A DNA stretch of 62,466 nt, the filler included, from a bacterium (GTDB lineage: Bacteria > JALSQH01), in assembly GCA_027004335.1 (NCBI GenBank). It is 11 parts of 11 records of this genome, joined end to end, with 100 filler letters (N's around TTAATTAATTAA, not from the genome) between each part and the next. Parts side by side here need not be neighbours in the genome. Positions count along the whole stretch, not along the records: positions 18,757 to 24,864 come from JALTID010000243.1; positions 24,965 to 31,060 come from JALTID010000244.1; 9 more parts are not named here. One strand, written 5' to 3'. Position 1 is the stretch's first letter; the number at the start of each line of letters is the position of its first letter. Below, in pieces: positions 19,564-27,846 of the stretch. The notes under the pieces were generated by a model. The model was not told the DNA's origin and did not search any database. It was given only the letters and a program-made list of their open reading frames with translations. A program made the translations under genes and the position numbers.

Positions 19564-20412
19564 TTATTTCTCAATTCTTTCTTCAATCCAGTTAAATAGA
19601 TCCCCGATTGGTTTCTCTTTTTCCACCTCGTTGTAAATCTCGTGGTACATCCCCTCATAGATTTTTAAGGTTTTATCCTTTGAACCAGCCCTCTCATAAA
19701 ATTCCTTTGCACCCTCAGGAGAAACAATCTGATCATCCCCGCCCTGCTGGAGAAAAAGAGGGAGCTGAAGTTTATGTGCTTCCTCAAAGGCTTCTTTCTG
19801 AGATCTCAGAAACTCTGTGAACCACCTTGCTGAAACTTTCCTTGTTACCAGAGGATCATTCTCATATGCCTTTACAACTTCAGGATCATGGCTTATTAAA
19901 GAAGGATCGATTTCATTAGTCATGGATAAAGTAGGTAATATATTTGAAACGAATTTCCCAACTGCTTCTTTCCACTTTGGAACTTCTACTGCGATCTTAA
20001 GTCCAGGACCAGACGCAGCAAGAAGTTTAATCAGATCCTGATATTTCTCACCAAACCTTAAAACTATAAGCCCCCCCATGCTGTGCCCCAGTAGGACTAT
20101 CGGTAAATTTGACCGTTGAGCTGCATTTTCAACGAAAATTTTTGTATCCTCAACATAATGATCAAAATTATAAACATGGCCTCTCTGACCATCTGATTTA
20201 CCGTGTCCCCGAAGGTCATAAAGAAAAACATTATATCCTTTAGAGGTAAAAAAATTTATAATATTACCATACCTCCCGGAATGTTCTCCCAGACCATGGA
20301 CCACCACCATGGTGGCTTTTGCGTCATCTACAACATGCCTCTGACAGTAAAGCTGCAAGCCCCCGATACCTGTAAAAGTATCTTCATGGGGAGATAATTT
20401 TTCACCCATCAT
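19564..20412 (-). CDS. Monoacylglycerol lipase / lysophospholipase (Hydrolase_4 alpha/beta hydrolase)
   Basis: HGLGEHSGRY, DLRGHGKS, GHSMGG nucleophile elbow, D (DDQIV) and H (YHEIYNE). Confidence 0.88.
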   Translation of the reverse strand: MMGEKLSPHEDTFTGIGGLQLYCQRHVVDDAKATMVVVHGLGEHSGRYGNIINFFTSKGYNVFLYDLRGHGKSDGQRGHVYNFDHYVEDTKIFVENAAQRSNLPIVLLGHSMGGLIVLRFGEKYQDLIKLLAASGPGLKIAVEVPKWKEAVGKFVSNILPTLSMTNEIDPSLISHDPEVVKAYENDPLVTRKVSARWFTEFLRSQKEAFEEAHKLQLPLFLQQGGDDQIVSPEGAKEFYERAGSKDKTLKIYEGMYHEIYNEVEKEKPIGDLFNWIEERIEK

Positions 20413-20729
20413 TATCCTCCTGCTATACTTGAAATTATAGCAACTTCATCACCATTTTCTAATTTAGTAGAAAGGTCATCAGGAACATCCTTTCTCTGGC
20501 CTCTGTGGATCAAAGTTATCCTGGGATCCTTCATCATCTTCTTAAAAAAATTCCTGGGGAAACTACCCTTTTCATCAAGACAGATGAAAACCTCCCTGAG
20601 GGTTACACCCTCAGGGAGATCCAGTTCAAATTCTCTAGTCATATTCTTACCCTCTATAAAAACTCCTACCGTGACCTTAACTTTTACCAGCCCTTCCTGA
20701 CAGATTCTCTTTTTTAACAGGCCCAGCAT
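20412..20729 (-). CDS. MoaD/ThiS-like ubiquitin-fold sulfur carrier
   Basis: Beta-grasp pattern, LENGDEVAII and C-terminal GG. Directly follows the AOR gene. Confidence 0.85.
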   Translation of the reverse strand: MLGLLKKRICQEGLVKVKVTVGVFIEGKNMTREFELDLPEGVTLREVFICLDEKGSFPRNFFKKMMKDPRITLIHRGQRKDVPDDLSTKLENGDEVAIISSIAGG

Positions 20730-20735
20730 CAGTCA

Positions 20736-22742
20736 TCATCCCTCCTTGTAAAGGGCATCAACAACATCATTAAGACCAAGTTCTTCAAGGATTTTCTTCT
20801 CAGGGATACCGGTTTCAGGGTTCCACCCCATCTCTTCCCAGAATTCACCCACCAGCCTGTTCATGTCAAGTTTAACTCCTGCAAGAGGACCATATTTAAG
20901 AGGTGGATCGCCCTTGGCTCTTGGAGGTATTCTGAAATCTCTTCCAGGGACTATGCCTTCTCTTGCGTTAAAAGCCTGTCTTAATGTTTTAACTCTTTTA
21001 GCAATTCCAAGGTACTCCTCTTCAGAAAGATCCCACCCTGTAACAGCATTGAGCCATTTAACAAGAGGCAGTTCAAGACCCACCTGTATCCCAAAGAGAC
21101 ATCCTCCACAGATGCTGTTCAACTCCTGCCAGAGACTTGCATACATCTGACCTTTTCCTTTATTTTCTGTGGAGTATTTGAACTTAATACTGTAAAGTGG
21201 AGGCTCCTTGGGGACATCTTTATACTTTTTGTAAATAGCCATAAGCTCTTGATATGTGTAAGAAACAATTGTATGCCTTCCCGGAGTTGGTTCACTCTCA
21301 TAACCAATTCCGTAGCCAGGATCGTACCTTGGATCATGCATGGGGAGCTCCTGACCCCCGGCATGCATACCAAACTCCCCCATCTCAGGCTTTCCAAGCT
21401 TCTCTATGGCCTTTTTTATTCCATCGGCCAGGATATCCCCGATGCCTTCCCTCCTGATCATCTTCTCAAGCAACTTATAGGCTGCTTCCCCATTGCCCCA
21501 GACAAGTTCAAGACCATCAGTATCAGTCTTGGTAATATAGCCCCTTTCATAAGCCTCAAAGGCAAATGCTATTGTTTCACCCGCAGATATTGTATCTATC
21601 CCCGCTCTATTGGCAAGTTCATTAGCCCTGATAATCACATCAATGTCATCATTTAAAATTAGTCCACCAAACACACTTAAAGTTTCATACTCAGGTTTGT
21701 GTGATTCTTCAAAGCCATATTTTTCTTTACTCAGCTCATAAATACCTCCACATCCGAGAGGGCAGCTATAGCAGTTATATTTTTCTTTTTCAAAAGCTAT
21801 CACAGCATCATCACTGATTTTCCGGGCCCTGGGAATGGGGAAATCCACCACTCCAGCACCGCTCCAGTTTTTAACAGGCAAATCACCATTAAGGGCACTG
21901 AGACCAACGATCCCCGATGTTCCATATCTCTTCAAAACAGCTTTCCACTGCCACCCCTCCTGTCTCACACCAAAGGGAAGCTTCCTGGAAAGCAATCTGG
22001 CGAGAAATCTGAGCACAGGTCCTTTTAAAAGAGCTTCCAGAGGCATTTTCCCTTCAAACTTTTTCATATACTCTCTGGTTACCTCGGTCATCTTTTTTCT
22101 GTCAGCTACATTGATTCTTGTCCTTCCAGAAAGAACCACCGCCTTTAAATTTTTGGAACCCATCACAGCACCAAGTCCGGATCTCGCAGCTATTCTTCCT
22201 CTATCGGTGACAATGCCTGAAATAAGACAACCGTTTTCAGCGGCCTGACCTATTGCAGCAACCTGGACTCTTTTTGCACCTGCCTCCTCCTTAAGCCTCT
22301 TTTCAGTTTCCACAGCATCCACGCCCCAGAGATGAGAAGCATCTCTTAACTCAATGTTGTCCCCGATAATAGCAAGATAAACAGGTTTTTCAGCTTTACC
22401 TTTAAAAAAGATGGCATCATACCCTGCTTGCTTTATTGCTGGAGCAAAATAACCCCCTGAATTTGCATCACCCCATCCGCCAGTCAAGGGAGATTTTCCC
22501 ACCGCAGTATATCTTCCCACAAAAAGTGCACCTGTACCTGTGAGGACCCCAGCAGTTAATCCAAAAATCGCCTCGGGGGAAAGGGGATCAACTCCGGCAG
22601 ATTGCCTCTCCCAGATGATTCTCGCACCAAGTCCGTACCCCCCCAGAAAATTTCTGTAAAAATTTTCCGGTAACTTTTCCTCCCACCACTTCCCTTCACT
22701 GAGATCTACCCATAAAATTTTTCCCATAAATCCACCAGCCAT
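20736..22742 (-). CDS. aor: Aldehyde:ferredoxin oxidoreductase family (W/Mo bis-pterin)
   Basis: KSPLTGGWGDANSGG, AGYDA, ARSGLGAVMGSKNLKA, CYSCPLGC, PEYET, DTIS, ELPMHDPR. Confidence 0.92.
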   Translation of the reverse strand: MAGGFMGKILWVDLSEGKWWEEKLPENFYRNFLGGYGLGARIIWERQSAGVDPLSPEAIFGLTAGVLTGTGALFVGRYTAVGKSPLTGGWGDANSGGYFAPAIKQAGYDAIFFKGKAEKPVYLAIIGDNIELRDASHLWGVDAVETEKRLKEEAGAKRVQVAAIGQAAENGCLISGIVTDRGRIAARSGLGAVMGSKNLKAVVLSGRTRINVADRKKMTEVTREYMKKFEGKMPLEALLKGPVLRFLARLLSRKLPFGVRQEGWQWKAVLKRYGTSGIVGLSALNGDLPVKNWSGAGVVDFPIPRARKISDDAVIAFEKEKYNCYSCPLGCGGIYELSKEKYGFEESHKPEYETLSVFGGLILNDDIDVIIRANELANRAGIDTISAGETIAFAFEAYERGYITKTDTDGLELVWGNGEAAYKLLEKMIRREGIGDILADGIKKAIEKLGKPEMGEFGMHAGGQELPMHDPRYDPGYGIGYESEPTPGRHTIVSYTYQELMAIYKKYKDVPKEPPLYSIKFKYSTENKGKGQMYASLWQELNSICGGCLFGIQVGLELPLVKWLNAVTGWDLSEEEYLGIAKRVKTLRQAFNAREGIVPGRDFRIPPRAKGDPPLKYGPLAGVKLDMNRLVGEFWEEMGWNPETGIPEKKILEELGLNDVVDALYKEG

Positions 22743-22750
22743 AATTCCTC

Positions 22751-23761
22751 CTATTTTCCTTTTTGTATCAGATAAGCCTTCTTTCCTGCATAAAGCAGAT
22801 TAAGAACCTTCTGAGTTATAATTCCCTCTCTAACCATCCTCTCGGGAAACCCTTTCAATCTATTTTTAAAAAGATTTCTTTGATCCGGTGTGAGCTTTAT
22901 AATCTGTATCCCTGCTTCTTTAAAGCCCTCAATTATACCCTTTTCCGATACTGCAAGTTTTTTATGAATACTATCTGGAAGAGGTGCAAATCCCTTAAGA
23001 GAAAGCTGTCGGAATTTTTGAGGCAAAGAATTCCACCACTTTAAGTTACACATAACGGCCACCGGCTGGAAAACATGCCTTGATAGAGTTATATACTTCA
23101 GATACTGGTACCACCCCAGGGCTGCTGTAAGAATAAGTGTGTTAGAACCACCTTCAATAAGACCATTCTTGAAATAGTCAAGAACCCTGGGAATAGGGAT
23201 AGGGACAGGGATAGCACCAAATGTTTTCCAGAACTCAATATGCATCTTGCTCTGCTGGGATCTAACTCTCATTCCTACAAGATCAGCAGGGGTTCTGATA
23301 GACTTTGTTCTGGAATGAAAATTTCTCCAGCCATGCTCAACAAATCCCATGAGGAATAAACCTTTTATCCTTAATTCTTTTTCAAAATAAGGTTGTAAAT
23401 ATCTTCTCGTTACATAATCATACTCCTCGTAACTATCCCAGATAAAAGGGAGTTCGAATACCTGCATATCGGGGACAAGAGAAGCAACTGCCCCTGTGCT
23501 TAACCCTGAACATTCTATCGCTCCATAGAGGGTCTTCTCCGCCATCGTATTCTCATCGCCAAGCTGACCACCCATGTAGATTTTCATCTTTACCTGCCCA
23601 TTACTATTTTGCTCAACAAATTTTTTATACTCCTTAAGAGCCTCATGCCAAGGGGAATCCTCAGGAGCGATATTGGCAAACTTCATAATATAAACTCTTG
23701 CCCAGAGAGTAGAAGCAATAAAAACAATTAGTATACTCAACCACCCGATTTTAAATTTCAT
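22751..23761 (-). CDS. dctP: TRAP substrate-binding protein DctP (TatP of a TPAT system)
   Basis: Signal peptide, KFANIAPEDSPW, GGQLGDE, FELPF, GWRNF, PADLVGMRVR, PVPIP. Confidence 0.88.
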   Translation of the reverse strand: MKFKIGWLSILIVFIASTLWARVYIMKFANIAPEDSPWHEALKEYKKFVEQNSNGQVKMKIYMGGQLGDENTMAEKTLYGAIECSGLSTGAVASLVPDMQVFELPFIWDSYEEYDYVTRRYLQPYFEKELRIKGLFLMGFVEHGWRNFHSRTKSIRTPADLVGMRVRSQQSKMHIEFWKTFGAIPVPIPIPRVLDYFKNGLIEGGSNTLILTAALGWYQYLKYITLSRHVFQPVAVMCNLKWWNSLPQKFRQLSLKGFAPLPDSIHKKLAVSEKGIIEGFKEAGIQIIKLTPDQRNLFKNRLKGFPERMVREGIITQKVLNLLYAGKKAYLIQKGK

Positions 23762-23772
23762 TTCATCCCCCT

Positions 23773-24639
23773 TTAAAATAACTTATCTATCTTTTTAAGC
23801 AATTCTCTTGCCTTATCCTGAGCTGCTTTCTGTTCAGGGACTACATCAGGATAGACAGTGACATCTCCTTTAAGGACCTCATTTAAAAGTTTTTTGAAAA
23901 GTTTCTTGTCCTCTTTTCTTACAGCGTAAAATTCTGCATAAAGAACTTTAGTCTCAAGATAATAGGGAGCAATTTTTAAAGATTTTTCAAAATGTTCTTT
24001 AGATTTTTCCAGGCTCCCACCCATCAAACTTGGAATAACTGCATAAAACGCCCCCCAATATCTATCAGGTGCACCATAGAAAAAAGTTATATCAAGCTCA
24101 GTTACTCTCTTCATCAATGCCTTAACTTTGGAAAGATTGAAAATAGATTTCATTATTCCATAAAGTTTTGACCATTTCCCAAGATTCACAGCAGTCCAGT
24201 ACATTGCTTCAATGTAGTCCTTGCCCAGTTTTGAAGCAGCCCTGTACCACTTTTTGCCTGCCTTTTTCACTTCTATGTTTGTTTGAAGAGCTTTGATACC
24301 CCAGTCCTTCCCCTGTTCATAATCCTTCAGCATTTTCTCTTTATTTCCTCTGTCAAAAACCTCAGCAAGGAAATAATAACCCCATGACAATCTAGTGGCA
24401 GGAAAATAGCCTTTCGCAGGATCTTTCTCATATGCCTTTTCGTAAAGCTTAAGAGAGCCCAGAAGATCTTCCTTGTTATACCTGTTTGCCCAGCTTTTGT
24501 TTGCATGATTAATCAAGTCCTCGTAAGAGCCCGGTACCACGGGAGACTTAACCACTTCTGTAACGGGTTCATTGGCGAAAAGACCAACAGAAAAGAAAAA
24601 AATAGAAAAGCTTATGATACCCAGTTTTTTCTTTAACAC
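23773..24639 (-). CDS. tatT: TRAP transporter TatT component (TPR-like)
   Basis: GTG start after a GGAGGAG RBS. AMYWTAVNLG, FFYGAPDRYWGAFY..P...GGSLEKSKEHFEKSL, KVLYAEFYA. Immediately upstream of dctP. Confidence 0.8.
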   Translation of the reverse strand: MLKKKLGIISFSIFFFSVGLFANEPVTEVVKSPVVPGSYEDLINHANKSWANRYNKEDLLGSLKLYEKAYEKDPAKGYFPATRLSWGYYFLAEVFDRGNKEKMLKDYEQGKDWGIKALQTNIEVKKAGKKWYRAASKLGKDYIEAMYWTAVNLGKWSKLYGIMKSIFNLSKVKALMKRVTELDITFFYGAPDRYWGAFYAVIPSLMGGSLEKSKEHFEKSLKIAPYYLETKVLYAEFYAVRKEDKKLFKKLLNEVLKGDVTVYPDVVPEQKAAQDKARELLKKIDKLF

Positions 24640-24661
24640 GAGACTCCTCCTTTTTTTATAA

Positions 24662-24690
24662 AGGATAGTAAACTTTGATTGATGTGTCAA
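24662..24690 (-). promoter_or_regulatory. sigma70-type promoter for the tatT-dctP-aor operon
   Basis: TTGACA-17 bp-TATCCT on the minus strand. Confidence 0.65.
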
Positions 24691-24692
24691 TA

Positions 24693-24863
24693 TCAAAAGT
24701 CTTCTTTTTCAAGTCTCCTTGCCTCGGAAAGAAAAAAACCAAGATAGTCAAAATTTGTCATACCAAGGGGCTGGCCTATGATGCCATAATGATCCCCCTC
24801 AAGAATTCCTAACCATTCTCCCCACTTTGCAGATTTTATAGATACCATGCCATCGTTTTCACC
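24693..24863 (-). CDS. Triacylglycerol lipase (family I-like) C-terminal fragment (5' truncated)
   Basis: Not in ORF track. GENDGMVSIKSAKWGEWLGILEGDHYGIIG...FFLSEARRLEKEDF*, with catalytic Asp (NDG.V) and His (DH) motifs. Confidence 0.75.
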   Translation of the reverse strand, partial: GENDGMVSIKSAKWGEWLGILEGDHYGIIGQPLGMTNFDYLGFFLSEARRLEKEDF

Positions 24864-24864
24864 C

Positions 24865-24964
24865 NNNNNNNNNNNNNNNNNNNNNNNNNNNNNNNNNNNN
24901 NNNNNNNNTTAATTAATTAANNNNNNNNNNNNNNNNNNNNNNNNNNNNNNNNNNNNNNNNNNNN
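24865..24964. other. Artificial contig spacer
   Basis: N-run / TTAATTAATTAA / N-run. Confidence 0.98.
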
Positions 24965-25273
24965 TTTTAATCCATTTACCTCTACAACTACTCTTCCAGT
25001 TACCGCGTTGGATGGGACTGCAGCTTTGATAGTACAATCAGTCCAGGAAATTATGTTGGTTCTGGGTGTCGTTATTCCTCCGAAATAGAGGTTAACTTTA
25101 TCTTTGTTGATATCACCAAAGTTTTTTCCTGAAATGGTAACCTGAGTACCCGCAGGTCCCCTTGGAGGAAAAATAGAGTAAATCTTCGGGAGATTTTCAT
25201 AAAAACATCCTGTAAAAAATAATAGTAATAAAAACCCCCTCATGATACTTACTTTTCTTTTTACTGCATTCAT
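24965..25273 (-). CDS. IPT/TIG-domain lipoprotein (3' truncated)
   Basis: Lipobox FTGC; P.I.SI.P..G..GT.VTISG.NFG...SWTD..I...VP..A.TG.V.V. Confidence 0.8.
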
Positions 25274-25357
25274 CTTTAATCCCCTCCTTTTCCAGCCCCC
25301 TTCTCTTTTTTAAAATTATACCAGCAGTTTTAAAAAAAGCAAAAATCTGTACGAATC

Positions 25358-25385
25358 TTGACAGAAAGGAGGGCTTTTGTAAAAT
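25358..25385 (+). promoter_or_regulatory. sigma70-type promoter for hup-tRNA unit
   Basis: TTGACA-16 bp-TAAAAT. Confidence 0.6.
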
Positions 25386-25408
25386 AAAGGAAATAGGAAG
25401 GAGGATTT

Positions 25409-25681
25409 ATGAATAAATCTGAAATTGTGAAAGTAGTAATGGAGAGGTCTGGTATTAAAAAAAATCAGGCAGAGGCAGCAGTTAATACTATTTTTAATGC
25501 TATAAGGGAATCTTTGAAAAGAAGAGAGAAAGTTGCTATTGTTGGATTTGGCTCTTTTGAGGTCGTGGAGAGAAGGGGAAGGGTTGGTATAAATCCTGCG
25601 ACAAAGGAAAAGATTAAAATACCGGCAAAAAATGCGGTTAAATTTAAACCCAGTGCGAGTTTGAAGGATGAGCTGAAATAA
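25409..25681 (+). CDS. hup: DNA-binding protein HU
   Basis: MNKSE, VGFGSF, G.NPAT.EKI.IPA, VKFKP. Confidence 0.93.
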   Translation: MNKSEIVKVVMERSGIKKNQAEAAVNTIFNAIRESLKRREKVAIVGFGSFEVVERRGRVGINPATKEKIKIPAKNAVKFKPSASLKDELK

Positions 25682-25682
25682 G

Positions 25683-25758
25683 GGGCGAATAGCTCAGATG
25701 GGAGAGCACCAGCCTTACAAGCTGGGGGCCACAGGTTCGAGTCCTGTTTCGCCCACCA
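25683..25758 (+). tRNA. tRNA-Val(TAC)
   Basis: GGGCGAA/TTCGCCC acceptor stem, CCAGC-CTTACAA-GCTGG anticodon arm, CCA end. Confidence 0.97.
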
Positions 25759-25766
25759 TTTTGTGT

Positions 25767-25843
25767 GGGGTCGTAGTTCAGATGGTTAGAACGCCGGCCT
25801 GTCACGCCGGAGGTCGCGAGTTCAAGTCTCGTCGGCCCCGCCA
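25767..25843 (+). tRNA. tRNA-Asp(GTC)
   Basis: GGGGTCG/CGGCCCC acceptor stem, CCGGC-CTGTCAC-GCCGG anticodon arm, GCCA end. Confidence 0.97.
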
Positions 25844-25891
25844 TTTTTTTATCATTGAAAAGTTCTTCTTCTTCTGGTAGAATCATTCAAC

Positions 25892-26584
25892 ATGAAAAAT
25901 TGGAAGAAGTTTTTCCTCTTTTTCCTTTTTATTTTTTTCACTCTTTTCATGGAAGGTTGTGTCCAGTACACCGCCAAATTTTACATAAATATGGATGGCA
26001 CAGGGATTCTGGATATTGTTTATGTGGTAAATAAGAGTGTGTTGAAGGCTGTTGTGGAACAGAGAATGGGGAGGTTTAATTTTCTCCCCCTTTCGGAAAA
26101 AGGGGTAAGAGATTATTACAAAAAGAAAAAAGATATAAAGCTAATAGATGTTAAGTTTAAAAGTCTTGATCCGACCACTGAAAGAATTCATATAATGGTT
26201 TCTTTCAAAAATGTAAAAAACCTTGACGATAACCAGATGAGATACAGCTGGAATCTTGAAAATGGTAGATATACTTTCAGAATCGTTCTCAAACCTGCTG
26301 GAACATTGGTACATCGTGCTAAAAATAACCCTATGATTGAAAAGGCGATTAGAGAAGCTATGTCAAAGTATTTCATGACTTTTGAGGCTCATCTCCCCAG
26401 AAAGATCGTAGAAACCAATGCTGATGAAGTTGACTGGAATGTTGCGACATGGAAAATAACCCTCTATAATATGACTCATATGAGGCATGAAAAAATTCTC
26501 TATGCCTCTGTTAAAACCAGATGGTATGAAATAATCTGGTGGTGGGTTAAATTTATCTGGCACAGGATCATATCTATCTTTTAG
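25892..26584 (+). CDS. Lipoprotein (LppM/DUF3153-like)
   Basis: Lipobox MEGC, I..DG.G, LP..I..TNA...W motifs, C-terminal amphipathic helix. Confidence 0.55.
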   Translation: MKNWKKFFLFFLFIFFTLFMEGCVQYTAKFYINMDGTGILDIVYVVNKSVLKAVVEQRMGRFNFLPLSEKGVRDYYKKKKDIKLIDVKFKSLDPTTERIHIMVSFKNVKNLDDNQMRYSWNLENGRYTFRIVLKPAGTLVHRAKNNPMIEKAIREAMSKYFMTFEAHLPRKIVETNADEVDWNVATWKITLYNMTHMRHEKILYASVKTRWYEIIWWWVKFIWHRIISIF

Positions 26585-26591
26585 AATCTGC

Positions 26592-27845
26592 TTAAAACCT
26601 TATCCCGCCGAGAACTTCGGCTTCCTGAGCATCTTCTAACTGGGCAGATGGAAGAAAGTTGCTGTTTTTCAAAGCAGAATTGATAAGATCTTCAAGACCA
26701 CTTCCCGGATGAAAGAATGCCCCTTTTATTTCCACAAAGATGGGGCCATTATCCCATTTTGTGATTAGATTTACCTCGCTTCCTAAGTTTTCTGCAAAGG
26801 GAAACTTATATCCTATAGCCTGATAGTAAAAGTAATTTCCATCTATTTCAAATTTCCCAGGGGTGATTTTCCCCCTCATAGAAATGATTGAAGAAGGGGG
26901 GAGGTTTCTCAGAGAATGGTTCCAGATTATCCCTCCCATTAATCCCGACCTGACTGGTATATACGCAGTTTGCTCCATATTTTGAGGGAGCGTATAATCA
27001 AAACCGCTTATTTCCATATATCCAAGGGAAATTGATCTTCTGGCATTTCCCAGCAGAAAAGAGATGAGAAATGCATCTCCTCTTGACTGAGTATTTTTGC
27101 CAATTGCGTATTCTACATGGATCTCTCCTGCTTTTCCTTTAAAGTTTCCCCTGAATCCCATATTGCTAATTTGATCTGTGTGAATGGTGAAAAATTTTAC
27201 ATTAAAGTGATTCCTGTGGATAGTTCCGTCTGCTCCATAGAAAAGGTGAGAGGGGCCTCCTGATCCATAACAACCCCTTTCCACGCAATTATCAATAATG
27301 AAGTAATTACCATCCGCCGGGTTATCATGGTAGAATCCTCCCCATACTCCCAGAGAAAGAGCCTGAGAAAGGAAAATTTCTCCTCTTGCCCCTGCCATAG
27401 CATCAGAGAAACAGAGATCTGAAATATCAAGAGGGATTACCCCAACTCCTGCAAAGATACTGTTTTTCTTTTCAAAACCCATGTAGAGTTTTCTGATCAG
27501 TATCCGGATGTCCCCACCTTTCCCCCTTGAAAGGGATGGAGTAGTATACTGCCAGTTTCTGTTGAAAAGGTAACCTGAATAGAAGAGTTTTCCTGAAGGA
27601 TTCAACCATAATTTAATATTCATATCTCCCCTGAGAAATGAATTCCCGCTGCTTGTATTCCACCAGAGCCGTAGCGAAAAAAATGAGTAACTCTCACTGT
27701 CATTTTTAATAATGTTGCTGAAGTCATAGATATTTTTTGAAAAGTGATAACCTATAACCGGTGTAAACTGATAGTATCCCTCTGCTATGGAAATATTGGT
27801 GAAAAAACCTATCAGGAATAGAGCGATTATTATTTTTTTCATCAC
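26592..27845 (-). CDS. Putative outer-membrane beta-barrel protein
   Basis: Signal peptide, alternating amphipathic strands, LGSEVNL and F.PG motifs (alginate-export-like), terminal Phe. Confidence 0.55.
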   Translation of the reverse strand: MMKKIIIALFLIGFFTNISIAEGYYQFTPVIGYHFSKNIYDFSNIIKNDSESYSFFSLRLWWNTSSGNSFLRGDMNIKLWLNPSGKLFYSGYLFNRNWQYTTPSLSRGKGGDIRILIRKLYMGFEKKNSIFAGVGVIPLDISDLCFSDAMAGARGEIFLSQALSLGVWGGFYHDNPADGNYFIIDNCVERGCYGSGGPSHLFYGADGTIHRNHFNVKFFTIHTDQISNMGFRGNFKGKAGEIHVEYAIGKNTQSRGDAFLISFLLGNARRSISLGYMEISGFDYTLPQNMEQTAYIPVRSGLMGGIIWNHSLRNLPPSSIISMRGKITPGKFEIDGNYFYYQAIGYKFPFAENLGSEVNLITKWDNGPIFVEIKGAFFHPGSGLEDLINSALKNSNFLPSAQLEDAQEAEVLGGIRF

Positions 27846-27846
27846 T

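Noticed and set aside
19445-19636. 63-aa ORF
   Set aside because: Shadow translation of tRNA-Ala and its promoter.
22743-22750. Moco/Wco riboswitch upstream of aor
   Set aside because: Only 8 bp of intergenic space here, and the operon leader is only about 20 nt.
24640-24696. ORF-track N-terminal extension of TatT
   Set aside because: Covers the promoter and RBS; GTG 24639 gives a proper signal peptide.
25644-25886. ORFs 25644-25886 (-) and 25698-25880 (+)
   Set aside because: Shadow translations of tRNA-Val and tRNA-Asp.
25683-26584. Integrative element at tRNA-Val/Asp
   Set aside because: No integrase, att duplication or phage genes on the contig.
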